64,000 nucleotides of DNA from Cyanophyceae cyanobacterium (lineage in GTDB: Bacteria; Cyanobacteriota; Cyanobacteriia; Cyanobacteriales; JBHJGN01): positions 1 through 64,000 of the forward strand of contig JBHJGN010000029.1 of the NCBI GenBank assembly GCA_050331735.1, in the 5' to 3' direction. Each line of letters opens with the position of its first letter. Within the stretch, counting starts at the first letter, position 1. Below the pieces are notes generated by a model. It did no database searches, was not told the origin of the DNA, and saw nothing but the letters and a program-made list of their open reading frames with translations. The translations under genes were made by a program, and so were the position numbers. This document shows positions 30,925 to 41,561 of the stretch, in pieces.

Positions 30925-31215
30925 ATGAGTAGTCCGATGAATTCAGAGATTTATCTCACTCCTGCCTGCACCTCTGCCTGTCGGTATTGCCGTTTCTACA
31001 GGCCAGAAGGACGAAGAGGCGGTACTTGTCAACGCTTGGGCGTTCCTGTACAGGCAAACTGGAAAGCCTGTTCTCTAGGCTCTCCGCCTTTTACAGCAGA
31101 AGATCAGTTTGAAATCCCTCAGCTTCCTCGGATAGCAAACGGTCTTTCGGTCAAAGCAACGATTCCCGAAGCCCGGGAAGTTGAGCCGGCTGTTCCTCAA
31201 GTCCAGCTAGTGTAA
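30925..31215 (+). CDS. Cys-rich hypothetical protein
   Basis: CRYCRFYRPEGRRGGTC...WKAC; followed by a terminator. Confidence 0.75.
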   Translation: MSSPMNSEIYLTPACTSACRYCRFYRPEGRRGGTCQRLGVPVQANWKACSLGSPPFTAEDQFEIPQLPRIANGLSVKATIPEAREVEPAVPQVQLV

Positions 31216-31283
31216 ACACAATTAGTATCTTTCTATTTCGATCTTCTGAAGAGCGCATTTTAAAATCATTTTTAATCAAAGTT

Positions 31284-31312
31284 GCCCCTTTGCTTAGCAG
31301 AGGGGCGTTTTT
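31284..31312 (+). terminator. Rho-independent terminator
   Basis: GCCCCTTTGC-TTA-GCAGAGGGGC then GTTTTT between convergent genes. Confidence 0.7.
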
Positions 31313-31368
31313 AATCGAGTTGTTGCTCTCGTGAAATGTAGCTCAATTTCCTTTCATGACCTCTATAT

Positions 31369-32202
31369 CTACGGTAGCCAAGGGTAGTCGCGGAAGTTTG
31401 GCGATCGCTTCTCTAGAAAAGCCTGTTTTCCTTCTGCCCCTTCTTCAGTCATGTAGTACAGCAGAGTCGCGTTTCCCGCAAGCTCTTGTAAACCAGCTTG
31501 CCCATCGCAATCGGCGTTAAAAGCAGCCTTCAGACAGCGAATCGCAATCGGACTCTTTTGCAAAATTTCTTGCGCCCAGGCAATCCCTTCTGCTTCAAGC
31601 TGTGCCACTGGAACCACGCAGTTAATCAGTCCCATCGCTAACGCTTCCTCAGCCGAATACTGACGACAAAGAAACCAAATTTCTCTGGCTTTTTTTTGCC
31701 CAACGATACGAGCTAAATAGCTAGCACCGAAGCCGCCGTCGAAACTGCCCACTTTCGGCCCCGTTTGCCCAAAAATAGCGTTATCAGCCGCGATTGTTAG
31801 ATCGCAAATCAGATGGAGCACGTGACCACCACCAATAGCGTATCCAGCCACCAAAGCAATCACCACTTTGGGAAGAGAACGAATCAGGCGCTGTAAGTCG
31901 AGCACGTTCAGGCGCGGTACGCCGTCTTTTCCGACGTAACCAGCTTTTCCTCGTACGCTTTGATCGCCGCCAGAGCAAAAGGCATACTTGCCATCGGTAT
32001 GAGGACCAGCACCGGTTAACAGAACCACCCCAATTTTGCTGTCTTCGCGGGCATCACAGAAAGCATCGTAGAGTTCAAACACCGTTTGAGGACGAAAGGC
32101 ATTTCGCTTGTGAGGTCGATTGATGGTAATTTTAGCAATGCCATCAATCTTGTGATAAAGAATATCTTCGTAGGTTTTAACAACTTGCCATTCAGCTTGC
32201 AT
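31369..32202 (-). CDS. menB: 1,4-dihydroxy-2-naphthoyl-CoA synthase
   Basis: [12 protein letters not shown] and [14 protein letters not shown] motifs. Confidence 0.97.
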   Translation of the reverse strand: MQAEWQVVKTYEDILYHKIDGIAKITINRPHKRNAFRPQTVFELYDAFCDAREDSKIGVVLLTGAGPHTDGKYAFCSGGDQSVRGKAGYVGKDGVPRLNVLDLQRLIRSLPKVVIALVAGYAIGGGHVLHLICDLTIAADNAIFGQTGPKVGSFDGGFGASYLARIVGQKKAREIWFLCRQYSAEEALAMGLINCVVPVAQLEAEGIAWAQEILQKSPIAIRCLKAAFNADCDGQAGLQELAGNATLLYYMTEEGAEGKQAFLEKRSPNFRDYPWLP

Positions 32203-32651
32203 CGGTTGGAGCTACTTCTCTAAATTTGGGCGCTGGCTGGAGAGCCTTCGGAACTCTATCTTATCGGTTACAAGCCAACGAAAACAAAATCGCCGTTACT
32301 ACGTGTCCCGGCCTACGACGACCGCTGGTCAATCTCAGAGATTGCTCAAACGGCAAAAGAGGTTTATCAGTACCAGTAAAGTGATTTTAGTGATCTTTTG
32401 CTGCTGATCACAAAAGCATAACGAGCGGCTAATCTCTGGCGATAACTGGTTAACAAACAAAATTACGTCTTCTTATAACAATCTGTTTGACAATCTGCCT
32501 CTAGACAGAATAGCCTTGATTCAAATTCAGGCTATCTTAGTTGATGGAGGTCGGGGATCAACCGAAAACAAAGTAAAAAAGACAACATATCCAAAAATAT
32601 TTTTGGAATAGTCATTCTTTATAAAATCAGTCTTTTAAAAAGCTTAAAAAA

Positions 32652-32846
32652 ATGGAGATGAAGCTTCAAATAAGTACCACTGAAAAGGTACGCTGCCCTA
32701 ATTGTGGAAGTCACGCGGAACGTCGTACCCTGTCCGATCGGCAAATAATGCAGACCGTTTGCCCTAGCTGTGACTATCTGATGGTTTGCTCCCAAGCTGG
32801 AAATGTCGTTGAAGCCTATGCTCCCGGAATTGCCGCTCGTTGCTAA
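32652..32846 (+). CDS. Small Zn-ribbon protein
   Basis: CPNCGS...CPSCDYLM...[11 protein letters not shown]. Confidence 0.75.
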   Translation: MEMKLQISTTEKVRCPNCGSHAERRTLSDRQIMQTVCPSCDYLMVCSQAGNVVEAYAPGIAARC

Positions 32847-33877
32847 GTTCGCGAAGCTCTAAGCTGTCCGCAAGCGGCATCTGCTTCTAACCCTCGTGAA
32901 TAGCGTATACTCACGGCAATTTGTTCGCGCCTTAGCAAGTTTACAAACGTTTCCATGCGGTTCTTGCTGGGGCGCCTGTAGTCAACTTCCTGAATTGGAT
33001 TGTAGGGAATTAAATTAACGTGGCTTTGAAAACCCCGGAGATGTTCTGCTAGTTCAAGGGCATTTTCAGGCTGATCGTTAACGTTAGCTAAGAGAATATA
33101 CTCAAACGTGACTCGCCTGCCGGTAACCGCGACGTACTCCCGACAGTCATTTAAAAGGGCTTTGAGAGGATAGTGCTGTGCGCTTGGAACCAACTGCTCT
33201 CGCTGCGGCTGATTAGAAGCATGAAGACTGACGGCGAGAGTTGCCTGGAGGCGATACTGAGCAAGAGCACGAATCCTACCAGGAAGACCAACGGTAGAAA
33301 TCGTTATTGAGCGCTGTCCGATGCCCACATCACGATTAATCGACTTAACAGCAGCAACAACTTCTTCCACATTGAGCAACGGTTCTCCCATGCCCATAAA
33401 AACTACATTGCTGACTCGCTGAGCAAACTCTTCCTGCACGGTCAGAATTTGGTCGACAATCTCGTGACGCTTGAGATTGCGAATGAATCCTCCTTTTCCC
33501 GTCGCACAAAAATTACATGCCATTGGACAGCCAACTTGAGAAGACACGCAAACGGTTAAGCGTTTGCCTGTGGGAATACCAACCGCTTCCACCGTCAACC
33601 CATCGGCAAGACGCAGTAAATACTTGCGAGTGCCATCGGGGGCGACACTGCGATACTCAATAGTAGAGCGCCCCACGGGGTAGTCGATTAAGTCTTCACG
33701 CCATTGCTTGGGAAAAACAGAAATTGAAGAGAGGGAGCGCGCCCCTTTTTGATAAAGCCACTGATGAAGCTGCTTGCCCCGATAGGCTGGCTGTCCCTGC
33801 TGCTGCACCCACGCTGTCAACTCTGCTAAAGATTGACCGAGTAAGGCTGGACTTGCCTCCTTAACCTGAATCGCCAT
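32843..33877 (-). CDS. rlmN: 23S rRNA m2A2503 methyltransferase RlmN
   Basis: [24 protein letters not shown] and AACGQL motifs. Confidence 0.96.
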   Translation of the reverse strand: MAIQVKEASPALLGQSLAELTAWVQQQGQPAYRGKQLHQWLYQKGARSLSSISVFPKQWREDLIDYPVGRSTIEYRSVAPDGTRKYLLRLADGLTVEAVGIPTGKRLTVCVSSQVGCPMACNFCATGKGGFIRNLKRHEIVDQILTVQEEFAQRVSNVVFMGMGEPLLNVEEVVAAVKSINRDVGIGQRSITISTVGLPGRIRALAQYRLQATLAVSLHASNQPQREQLVPSAQHYPLKALLNDCREYVAVTGRRVTFEYILLANVNDQPENALELAEHLRGFQSHVNLIPYNPIQEVDYRRPSKNRMETFVNLLRREQIAVSIRYSRGLEADAACGQLRASRT

Positions 33878-34077
33878 AGACTTATGCTGGTAATGTCGCT
33901 ATTTTCCATTGTGGCGCGGTGGTAACGCGACTGGGTTAAAAAAAGCGATCACCTCCTCTGGTTATGCAGAAAAAGCGATCGCACCCTTCGGTTAAACTCG
34001 AGCGCGATGATTAGAATCAGCGCCTGCTAGCCTTCCCCGGCAAGAATTGAGAGAAGCATTGTTCCTCGGCTTGCCCG

Positions 34078-34482
34078 CTACTCTGTCGACGATTGTTCAA
34101 AATCGAGAGAGGCCGAATTTAAGCAGTAGCGGAGTCCAGTCGGGCGGGGTCCATCGTTAAAGACGTGGCCGAGATGCGCCTCGCAGTTGGCACATAAAAT
34201 CTCCGTCCGGCGCATAAATAGGCTGTTGTCTTCTGCATACTCAACCCGGTCTTTCTCAATAGGAGCCCAAAAGCTGGGCCAACCTGTCCCAGAATCATAC
34301 TTAGTATCAGAATTGAAGAGCTCGTTGCCACAGCACACGCACTTGTAGATTCCTGCTTCTTTGCTGTCGTGGTATTTACCGGTAAAGGCTCTTTCCGTTC
34401 CTTTTTGACGAGTCACTTTGTACTGTTCTGGAGTAAGCTGCTCTTGCCACTCTTGGTCGGTTTTCTTTACTTTAGCTGTCAT
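34078..34482 (-). CDS. msrB: Methionine-R-sulfoxide reductase
   Basis: [27 protein letters not shown]; probable start ATG 34482. Confidence 0.96.
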   Translation of the reverse strand: MTAKVKKTDQEWQEQLTPEQYKVTRQKGTERAFTGKYHDSKEAGIYKCVCCGNELFNSDTKYDSGTGWPSFWAPIEKDRVEYAEDNSLFMRRTEILCANCEAHLGHVFNDGPRPTGLRYCLNSASLDFEQSSTE

Positions 34483-34595
34483 TCCTTGGTTCCTCTTCAA
34501 CGTTACCCGTGTTGAAACTGAAAAATTGCTTTGTTTACCCTCCAATTTTAGAAGCGATCACCGAGTCCCGAAAAGTGAGGATTCCCCAACACCGC

Positions 34596-35162
34596 CTACT
34601 CTAACTCCTCAAACAGCAGCTCTTCGAGGATTTGCTCGACCTGCTGTTCGTCCGGCGACAGCAGTTCCAGTTTGCCTGATTCGTTACTGCGAGCTACGAA
34701 AATTAAGGGAGCTAGAGGCGTATACAGCGCATACTTTTGTTCTTGATGATAAAAACTAGCAAGGTACTGAAGCTCTTCGGTATCGAGCTGAGCGTCACCT
34801 TCGTCTAGCTCAAGGGTGAGAATATGCTCATCTTCGAGGGGCGGAAGTTCACCGCTGGCGGTCAGAGTGAATGCCGTGGGCTTGAGAGTTAACTCTTGTT
34901 CTGCTAGCACGGCTTTAGCATCTGGAAAAATTCGCTGGATTTCGTCTCGGTCTTCTATCATAATCGTTTCCGACTTCTCTTCCTCATCCTCCCAAGCGAG
35001 AATGACGACTGGCGAATCGATCGGCAGCAGCAAGAGGTAAGTAGCATCGTCGGTGTCGAGAGAATTTTCGATATAGCAGTCTAGCGAGCGCCCTTCATCA
35101 TCAAAAAGCGTCACGATTTCTGAATCATATTCATACTCTTCGGAGAATGGAGATGAGGACAT
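34596..35162 (-). CDS. DUF3727-like acidic cyanobacterial protein
   Basis: GRSLDCYIE, AKAVLAEQELTL and ALYTPL motifs. Confidence 0.75.
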   Translation of the reverse strand: MSSSPFSEEYEYDSEIVTLFDDEGRSLDCYIENSLDTDDATYLLLLPIDSPVVILAWEDEEEKSETIMIEDRDEIQRIFPDAKAVLAEQELTLKPTAFTLTASGELPPLEDEHILTLELDEGDAQLDTEELQYLASFYHQEQKYALYTPLAPLIFVARSNESGKLELLSPDEQQVEQILEELLFEELE

Positions 35163-35269
35163 AACAACTAAACAGGCTGCTTGCGCTCCAGCGATAAAAC
35201 TAGATGAGCGACTCCCGCGGGTCGATTAGGATCGCTGATCAACAGGATATCACGGTGACTGACGCTCTT

Positions 35270-36103
35270 TTAAAAATCTATGAGTTTGTCGAGCTTGTTG
35301 AACCAGTCATGCTGCTGTAAGGAGTCAAACCCCTGTACGTCGGTTAGATTGTAGTGCAGTGGGGTCAGGGTAATGTAGTTCTCGCGGATGGCTTGAACAT
35401 CTGTGGGAATATCAGCCGGCAAATAGCGATGCTCGGGTTGCTCAATTTCCTCAACCACCTCCCCGGCTAGCCAATAGTAGCTTTTGCCCCGGGGGTCCAG
35501 TCGTTTTTCAAACGTCTCGATGTAGCGGCGCAGTCCCTGGCGCGTCCAGATAGCCCCTGCAATTTCTGTCGATTTCACAGGCGGAACGTTGATGTTTAGC
35601 AGCGTTGCCTCTGGGAGCGGCTGTTGCGAGAGTTGATTGAGTAGAGAGCGGGCAAAATCGGCTGCCGCTTGAAACTCCTGGGAGGTAAAGCTCGCTAGAC
35701 TAATAGCAATACTGGGAATCCCTTCAATGATGCCTTCCATGGCGGCGGAAACGGTTCCCGAGTAAAGAATATCGGTTCCCAAATTAGAACCGTGATTAAT
35801 CCCAGATAGCACAAAATCGGGCGGGCGGTCGAGAACGGCACTCAGGGCAAATTTAACGCAGTCTGCCGGAGTTCCAGAACAGGACCACGCCGTTACTGCT
35901 GGTAAAAAAGTGGCTTCCACAATTTCGGCGCGAATGGGGTGATGCAGCGTTAAACCGTGTCCGGTCGCGGAGCGTTCCCGGTCTGGGCAAACGACGGTGA
36001 CATCGTATCCTGCCTGGGCGAGAGTGTTAGCTAAAGTGCGCACTCCCAAAGAAAAAATGCCGTCGTCGTTGCTGATAAGCAGCTTCAGCGCGGTGTCAGT
36101 CAT
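35270..36103 (-). CDS. surE: 5'/3'-nucleotidase SurE
   Basis: LISNDDG, GTPADCV and YSGTVSAA motifs. Confidence 0.96.
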   Translation of the reverse strand: MTDTALKLLISNDDGIFSLGVRTLANTLAQAGYDVTVVCPDRERSATGHGLTLHHPIRAEIVEATFLPAVTAWSCSGTPADCVKFALSAVLDRPPDFVLSGINHGSNLGTDILYSGTVSAAMEGIIEGIPSIAISLASFTSQEFQAAADFARSLLNQLSQQPLPEATLLNINVPPVKSTEIAGAIWTRQGLRRYIETFEKRLDPRGKSYYWLAGEVVEEIEQPEHRYLPADIPTDVQAIRENYITLTPLHYNLTDVQGFDSLQQHDWFNKLDKLIDF

Positions 36104-36210
36104 TCGTCTTGATGTTTATCAATGAGCCTGTCATCCTATTTTCCAATACCAGCACCGATATTTCGATAAACTGATATCAGCTTTACTATTGATCCCCCTG
36201 ACGCATCGGT

Positions 36211-37218
36211 ATGACCACCCCTTCCCCAAACCCCATTGAGATAGAGCTAGAGTCCCTTCAGCACCAGGCAGCAAAGGCGATCGCTCTTGCTACTACCCTC
36301 GAACAGCTAGAGCAGCTCCGCGTGAGCTATCTCGGCAAAAAGGGGCAGCTCTCTCAAATTTTAAGAGGAATGGGTAAACTAGGGCCGGAAGAACGACCGC
36401 GAGTGGGGGCGCTTGCTAATCAGGTTAAAGAGAAGCTACAGGCCCTCCTAGAGTCTCAGCGCCAAGACCTACAGGCCGCGCAAATTCAGGCTCAGCTCCA
36501 GGCAGAAACCCTCGATGTGACGATGCCCGGAGTGCGTCGTCCTCTCGGTCGCGTTCATCCTCTCACCAGCACCATAGACCGCATTTTAGGAATTTTTATT
36601 GGTCTTGGCTACACCGATTCAGAAGGCCCCCAAATCGAAACCGATTACTATAACTTTGAGGCTCTCAATACTCCTGCCGACCATCCAGCCCGGGATATGC
36701 AGGATACGCTGTATTTGTCAGGCGGCAGGCTGCTGCGGACTCAAACTTCCTCGGTGCAGATCCGCTATATGGAAACCCACGAACCACCAATTCGCATTGT
36801 GTCCCCCGGTCGAGTTTATCGCCGCGATACCGTCGATGCCACTCACTCCGCCGTCTTTCACCAGGTAGAGCTGTTGGCCGTTGATCGCGGACTGACCTTC
36901 ACCGATCTTAAGGGCACAATTAAGGAGTTTTTGCGCCAGATGTTTGGGGAAGATTTGCAGATCCGCTTTCGGGCCAGCTATTTTCCGTTCACCGAACCGT
37001 CCGCAGAAGTAGACGTTCAGTGGCAGGGAAAGTGGCTAGAAGTCATGGGATGCGGCATGGTAGACCCCAACGTGCTTAAAGCCGTTGGCTACGACCCAGA
37101 AATCTACACAGGCTTTGCGGCTGGACTAGGAGTAGAACGGTTTGCCATGGTTTTACACCAAATTGACGATATTCGCCGTTTCTACAGCAGCGACTTACGC
37201 TTCCTGCGGCAGTTTTAA
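36211..37218 (+). CDS. pheS: Phenylalanine-tRNA ligase alpha subunit
   Basis: [17 protein letters not shown] and [10 protein letters not shown] motifs. Confidence 0.97.
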   Translation: MTTPSPNPIEIELESLQHQAAKAIALATTLEQLEQLRVSYLGKKGQLSQILRGMGKLGPEERPRVGALANQVKEKLQALLESQRQDLQAAQIQAQLQAETLDVTMPGVRRPLGRVHPLTSTIDRILGIFIGLGYTDSEGPQIETDYYNFEALNTPADHPARDMQDTLYLSGGRLLRTQTSSVQIRYMETHEPPIRIVSPGRVYRRDTVDATHSAVFHQVELLAVDRGLTFTDLKGTIKEFLRQMFGEDLQIRFRASYFPFTEPSAEVDVQWQGKWLEVMGCGMVDPNVLKAVGYDPEIYTGFAAGLGVERFAMVLHQIDDIRRFYSSDLRFLRQF

Positions 37219-37245
37219 ATGACCACGTTCAGCAACTCGTTAACA

Positions 37246-37584
37246 ATGGCCTTCGATCCAGATAAACGAAAACTCCTGTCAGCTCTCTGTCATGGTTCAA
37301 TATTTTTCAGTTCTCTGATTGTAGCGGTCGGAATTCCCCTCGCGATTCTGTTTGTTTCGGAAGATCCCGTCGTCAAAGAAAACGCGAAAGAAGCTCTCAA
37401 CTTTCACTTTAACGTGTGGCTATACGGCCTCATCTTCGGCTTGCTGACCTTCGTACTTATTGGGATTCCTCTGTTGGGCCTCCTGTTTCTAGTTAGCTTC
37501 ATTATGCCCATTATCGCCACCGTGCAGACCATTAACAATCCCAGTCGGTCTTATCGCTATCCGCTGATCTTTCGCCTGCTTTAA
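37246..37584 (+). CDS. DUF4870-family membrane protein
   Basis: LSALCH...VKENAKEALNFH...YRYPLIFR. Confidence 0.8.
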   Translation: MAFDPDKRKLLSALCHGSIFFSSLIVAVGIPLAILFVSEDPVVKENAKEALNFHFNVWLYGLIFGLLTFVLIGIPLLGLLFLVSFIMPIIATVQTINNPSRSYRYPLIFRLL

Positions 37585-37594
37585 GGAATCGATT

Positions 37595-38524
37595 TTACAA
37601 AGAATTGATTGTCTCCGCCTCGCTGCTGGTTCGAGCGATCGCTACTCTTTGCAAAATAGTCATCGGCTGCTGCTCTTTCAGCGTCTGAAGCTGTTCCTCG
37701 CGCACCAACAGATTCCCCGCAAAGCCAAGGGCATTGACAGAAATCCCGGCAAATTCATCTTGGGTGCGGGGAACCAGCAGCATCCAGTCTCTCGTTGCCA
37801 ATAAGTTATAGGGGAAGTGCTGATTTTGGGTTTGAGGAGTGATGCCAACGGCGTTGAGCAAAGTGTAATAGCAATCTAAGGTAGCGTCCGCCGCCTGGAA
37901 GGGCTGTTTCTGAAAATCGAGAGGGAGAACAGCATGGACAAAAGGCAAGCGAGTGGTTCTGCTCCCGTTGTTGACAGCAGCGGCGATCGTTGGCTCGATG
38001 GGTAGCCTCGCTCCTTCTGTGGCTAACGGAAGCGGAACGAGCTGTAAATGTTTGTGTCGCTGACTCGCTCCCGCTCGTTTTCCGGCATTATAAAATACTA
38101 GCCCATCAATTTCAGCAAGAGCGGCCCACATTGCTGTAAAATCCTGCTGAGTCAGCCAGCTTTCTTGCGCTTCAAATTCGCGGGTCACGAGCAGCAGATG
38201 ATCGGCAAGCGCGTTGTATTTGTTTAACAAACAGAGGTGCGTATCAGAAATATCAGCAACAAATAAATTCTCATCGTAAGGAAGAAACGGATTGAAGTTA
38301 GCGGCTGTCTTTTGGGGCTTCCCTTGCTCTTTTTTTTGCAGAACGTCGGCAGACAGCACCCGCACAATAAAATCGATCCCGTTCTGTTCAATCATCTCAT
38401 AGCGGGTTGCTAAAGGCTGGAGAGCTTGAGCAGCGATTGCCTGTTTAGTTTGCTCTCGCACCTTCGCCCACAGCGTACCAGGTTTGAGCCTGAGCGTTTC
38501 CTGAGAATCCGACGATGAGCGCAT
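37595..38524 (-). CDS. ATP adenylyltransferase / Ap4A phosphorylase
   Basis: NPFLPYD, LLNKY, AGASQRHKHLQ and VNALGFAG motifs. Confidence 0.88.
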   Translation of the reverse strand: MRSSSDSQETLRLKPGTLWAKVREQTKQAIAAQALQPLATRYEMIEQNGIDFIVRVLSADVLQKKEQGKPQKTAANFNPFLPYDENLFVADISDTHLCLLNKYNALADHLLLVTREFEAQESWLTQQDFTAMWAALAEIDGLVFYNAGKRAGASQRHKHLQLVPLPLATEGARLPIEPTIAAAVNNGSRTTRLPFVHAVLPLDFQKQPFQAADATLDCYYTLLNAVGITPQTQNQHFPYNLLATRDWMLLVPRTQDEFAGISVNALGFAGNLLVREEQLQTLKEQQPMTILQRVAIARTSSEAETINSL

Positions 38525-39131
38525 AACCGTACTAGTGTCAATTGTCCTTGGACCTGTGCACCTAGATTACTGGAGAGCGGAGCCAGTTGACAACTGCCGG
38601 GTTAAAAGAGCTGATGCACAAATAGCGCTGAGTGTAGCTAGAATCGGGAGCTAGAGGAGTGAGGAGCATAGAGCAAACGACTCGGCGATCAAGCTAACAA
38701 GGTACTTCCAGTGATAACTGGCTGAGTTAACTGAATCCGGATAGGAGTAGTTTGTCTTTGATTGATTCTCTGACATGCTAAAAGTAGCAAAGTCAGCACA
38801 GCCGCTGTAGACAATCGACGAAGAAACATGGTCTGTCCTCCGAAAAGTTACTGGTCTCCAAGATGGCAAAAAAATTGCTGTCCGTAATCTCCTTGAGTCC
38901 ACCTTTTCAACTGTCACAACGATATTGCTTCATTCAAGCGACCCAAGTTGTCAAATTTTCATGATATTTGTCGGAGAGCAGCCATCTAGCTATGATCTGT
39001 CAGTAACTAGTAGCTAGCGATCAGCGACCAACCAACAATGTTTAATCAGCGAGCAGCGAGCAGTGATTAACTGTCACGGCTCAATTATTGGTTTAGCTAA
39101 TGACTAGCGTACCGCCCATCGATCAAAAAAC

Positions 39132-39851
39132 GTGAAACTCTATCAGCAAATTCCCATTCAGGAGTGCGGCGAGCCGCTCTTGCCAATTCCCTTAGAGCAA
39201 TTTGCCATTGTTACCCCCCATCCCTATCAGCAGGCGGGAGCAGACTATGGAGGGCGATCCCCCTACTATTTGCGTCAAGGGGTTCTAGCCGCTTTAGTTA
39301 ACGCTCAATTACACCTTCAGCAGCACTATCCTGGTTGGCAAATTCAAATTTTTGATGCCTATCGTCCGGTTGAAGTGCAGCAGTACATGGTAAATTACAC
39401 TTTCGCTGCGGTGGTGGCAGCACAGGGCCTTACTCAAGAACAACTCTCTACAAAACAGCAGCAACAAATTTGGCAACAGGTTTACCAAATTTGGGCAGTT
39501 CCTAGCTTCGATCCGGCGACGCCTCCGCCTCACAGTACCGGTGGCGCTGTTGATGTTACTCTGGTAGACGAACACGGACAAACAGTTGACATGGGGTCAG
39601 AAATTGATGAACTCTCAGCGCGATCGCATCCAGACTATTATGCGATCGCTCCACAACCAGCAGCCCAGCAGTACCAGGCTCGACGGCAGCTTCTTGATGA
39701 CGTAATGAGCAGCGGTGGTTTTTGCCGTCATCCGGGCGAGTGGTGGCATTTTTCGATGGGCGATCAGATGTGGGCCTGGCAGCAGAATCAGCGCACTCCG
39801 GCAAAACTTGTGACTGCTCGCTATGGTATTATGACTCCAGAAAAATGCTAA
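39132..39851 (+). CDS. D-Ala-D-Ala dipeptidase (M15D/VanX family)
   Basis: DAYRP, PHSTGGAVD and EWWHFS motifs. Confidence 0.9.
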   Translation: MKLYQQIPIQECGEPLLPIPLEQFAIVTPHPYQQAGADYGGRSPYYLRQGVLAALVNAQLHLQQHYPGWQIQIFDAYRPVEVQQYMVNYTFAAVVAAQGLTQEQLSTKQQQQIWQQVYQIWAVPSFDPATPPPHSTGGAVDVTLVDEHGQTVDMGSEIDELSARSHPDYYAIAPQPAAQQYQARRQLLDDVMSSGGFCRHPGEWWHFSMGDQMWAWQQNQRTPAKLVTARYGIMTPEKC

Positions 39852-40163
39852 GATAGCGAGACTGAGCTGACAAAGAAGTCGTTTAAGACACTAGCAGTTG
39901 GTTTTCCTCCGATAGCTTTTAGATTTAGTTAATATTTGACGATTCTGGACCAATAGGTTATTCTTGCTCAAGGTCAATTAAATTATCAATCAACGTGGCG
40001 ACCTCAAGCCATAGTCTGCTTAAGAAGACACCAGGGAGTGCACTTAAGCAGTCTTCAAACAAGCGGAGATCGTGTGTCTCTTTTTCGGTATTAGCGTGGT
40101 CCTGCCAAGGAACGTTCAGCGCTCCTGACAGAATTGCCGCCTAGTCCCCATCATAAATATTGA

Positions 40164-40191
40164 TGCTGCTCTTAAAGGAGCGGCTTTTTTT
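40164..40191 (+). terminator. Rho-independent terminator
   Basis: GCTGCTCT-TAA-AGGAGCGGC followed by a T run. Confidence 0.65.
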
Positions 40192-40361
40192 GCGCTCATG
40201 GCTCCGACCATGACCAACTAGCAGCGAATACATAATCTTCTTTCGACGATGACTAAGTGAAGCTCGGAACTGGTTCAGCGTCCTTGGACTATTTTTTCAG
40301 GTTCAACATCCGCTGTCACTGCTCTAAAAGCTTCTCACCGCTTAATCTCAACTTTTACAAC

Positions 40362-40391
40362 AGCTTGCTCAGTTCGGGCAAGTTTTTTTTT
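40362..40391 (+). terminator. Terminator-like hairpin in the leader of the PEP-CTERM gene
   Basis: CTTGCTC-AGTTC-GGGCAAG followed by T9, about 27 nt before the ATG. Confidence 0.55.
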
Positions 40392-40417
40392 GACCGAATA
40401 CTAACAGGAGATCAATC

Positions 40418-41494
40418 ATGAAACTCAGCCAAATCACTCTCTCAGTTACTGTTGCCTCAGTTGCTAGCTTTGCCATTCTAGAAGCGCCAGCTCAAGCAGC
40501 CTCTTTTAAAATAATGCCTCTAGGCGATTCGATCACTCGCGGCTTTCCCAAGGCTGATGATGTTGAAGGGTATCGAGGAGAGCTATTCTCCTTGTTGAAC
40601 GATCATGAAGACTATAAAGATGTAGAGATAGACTTCGTCGGACGGTTAACCAACGGCTCTAGTGAGATGGACAAAGATCACGAAGGGTGGGCAGGTTTTA
40701 CCATTGATGAACTAACAAATGTTCCGGAAATTAAGGAAACTACACCGGAGTACAAAAAAGATGCCTATCCACTGTATCAGTCGATTAGCGAAGCCTTGAA
40801 AGAGAATTCTCCTGACTTAGTTCTTTTGATGGCGGGGACTAACGATCTCCTCGTGGGCGACTCTGCGGCCAAAGCTGCGGGAGAACTAGGGACACTGATC
40901 GACAGCATCAAAAACGAAGCCAGTGTGATCGTTTCTTCGATTGTTCCTTTTGACACCACGGGTCCAATCGTCTCAGAAGCCGAAGCCGATCGCTCTAGGG
41001 AATTTAACGCTCTGCTCCCAAGTTTAGTGGCCGGAAAAGGAGAGAATGTCTTCTTTGCAGATGCCGGTGCTCAGGTTTCCTCCTTGTACGAAGACGGCTT
41101 CCACCCAGCATTATCTGGCTACGAAACGCTCGCTCAAGGTTGGTTTGATGGCATTGTAGAATCAAAAGTCATAGACGAATTCATTGCGGCAAACCAACCT
41201 GTAGTGGATGACCCTGTAGTAGTAGATAATCCTACAGTAGAGGATCAGACAGAAGATGTAACCGATGGCAATACAGGGGAAAAGACTGAAGAAGACGGTG
41301 AACAAACCACAGGAGATACAGGGTCTGTAGGAGGAGAAGTTCCTCCAGTAGGAACCGATGGTCCAAACCCTGGCTCAGATGTCACTGTTCCCGAGCCGAC
41401 ATCTCTGATTGGCCTACTAGCCTTTGGAGTATTGGGCGCTGGCGCCACCCGGAAACGCAAGCAGAAACTGTCTCAAGAATCTGCTAGCGCTTAA
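40418..41494 (+). CDS. SGNH/GDSL hydrolase with PEP-CTERM sorting signal
   Basis: Signal peptide; GDSIT, GTND and DGFHP motifs; VPEPT-TM-RKRK tail. Confidence 0.88.
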   Translation: MKLSQITLSVTVASVASFAILEAPAQAASFKIMPLGDSITRGFPKADDVEGYRGELFSLLNDHEDYKDVEIDFVGRLTNGSSEMDKDHEGWAGFTIDELTNVPEIKETTPEYKKDAYPLYQSISEALKENSPDLVLLMAGTNDLLVGDSAAKAAGELGTLIDSIKNEASVIVSSIVPFDTTGPIVSEAEADRSREFNALLPSLVAGKGENVFFADAGAQVSSLYEDGFHPALSGYETLAQGWFDGIVESKVIDEFIAANQPVVDDPVVVDNPTVEDQTEDVTDGNTGEKTEEDGEQTTGDTGSVGGEVPPVGTDGPNPGSDVTVPEPTSLIGLLAFGVLGAGATRKRKQKLSQESASA

Positions 41495-41561
41495 TCCCTA
41501 GAACGCATTTATTGTCAGTGGAGACTGCCTGTAACGAGGAACGAGTCTCCGCTGGCTTTGA

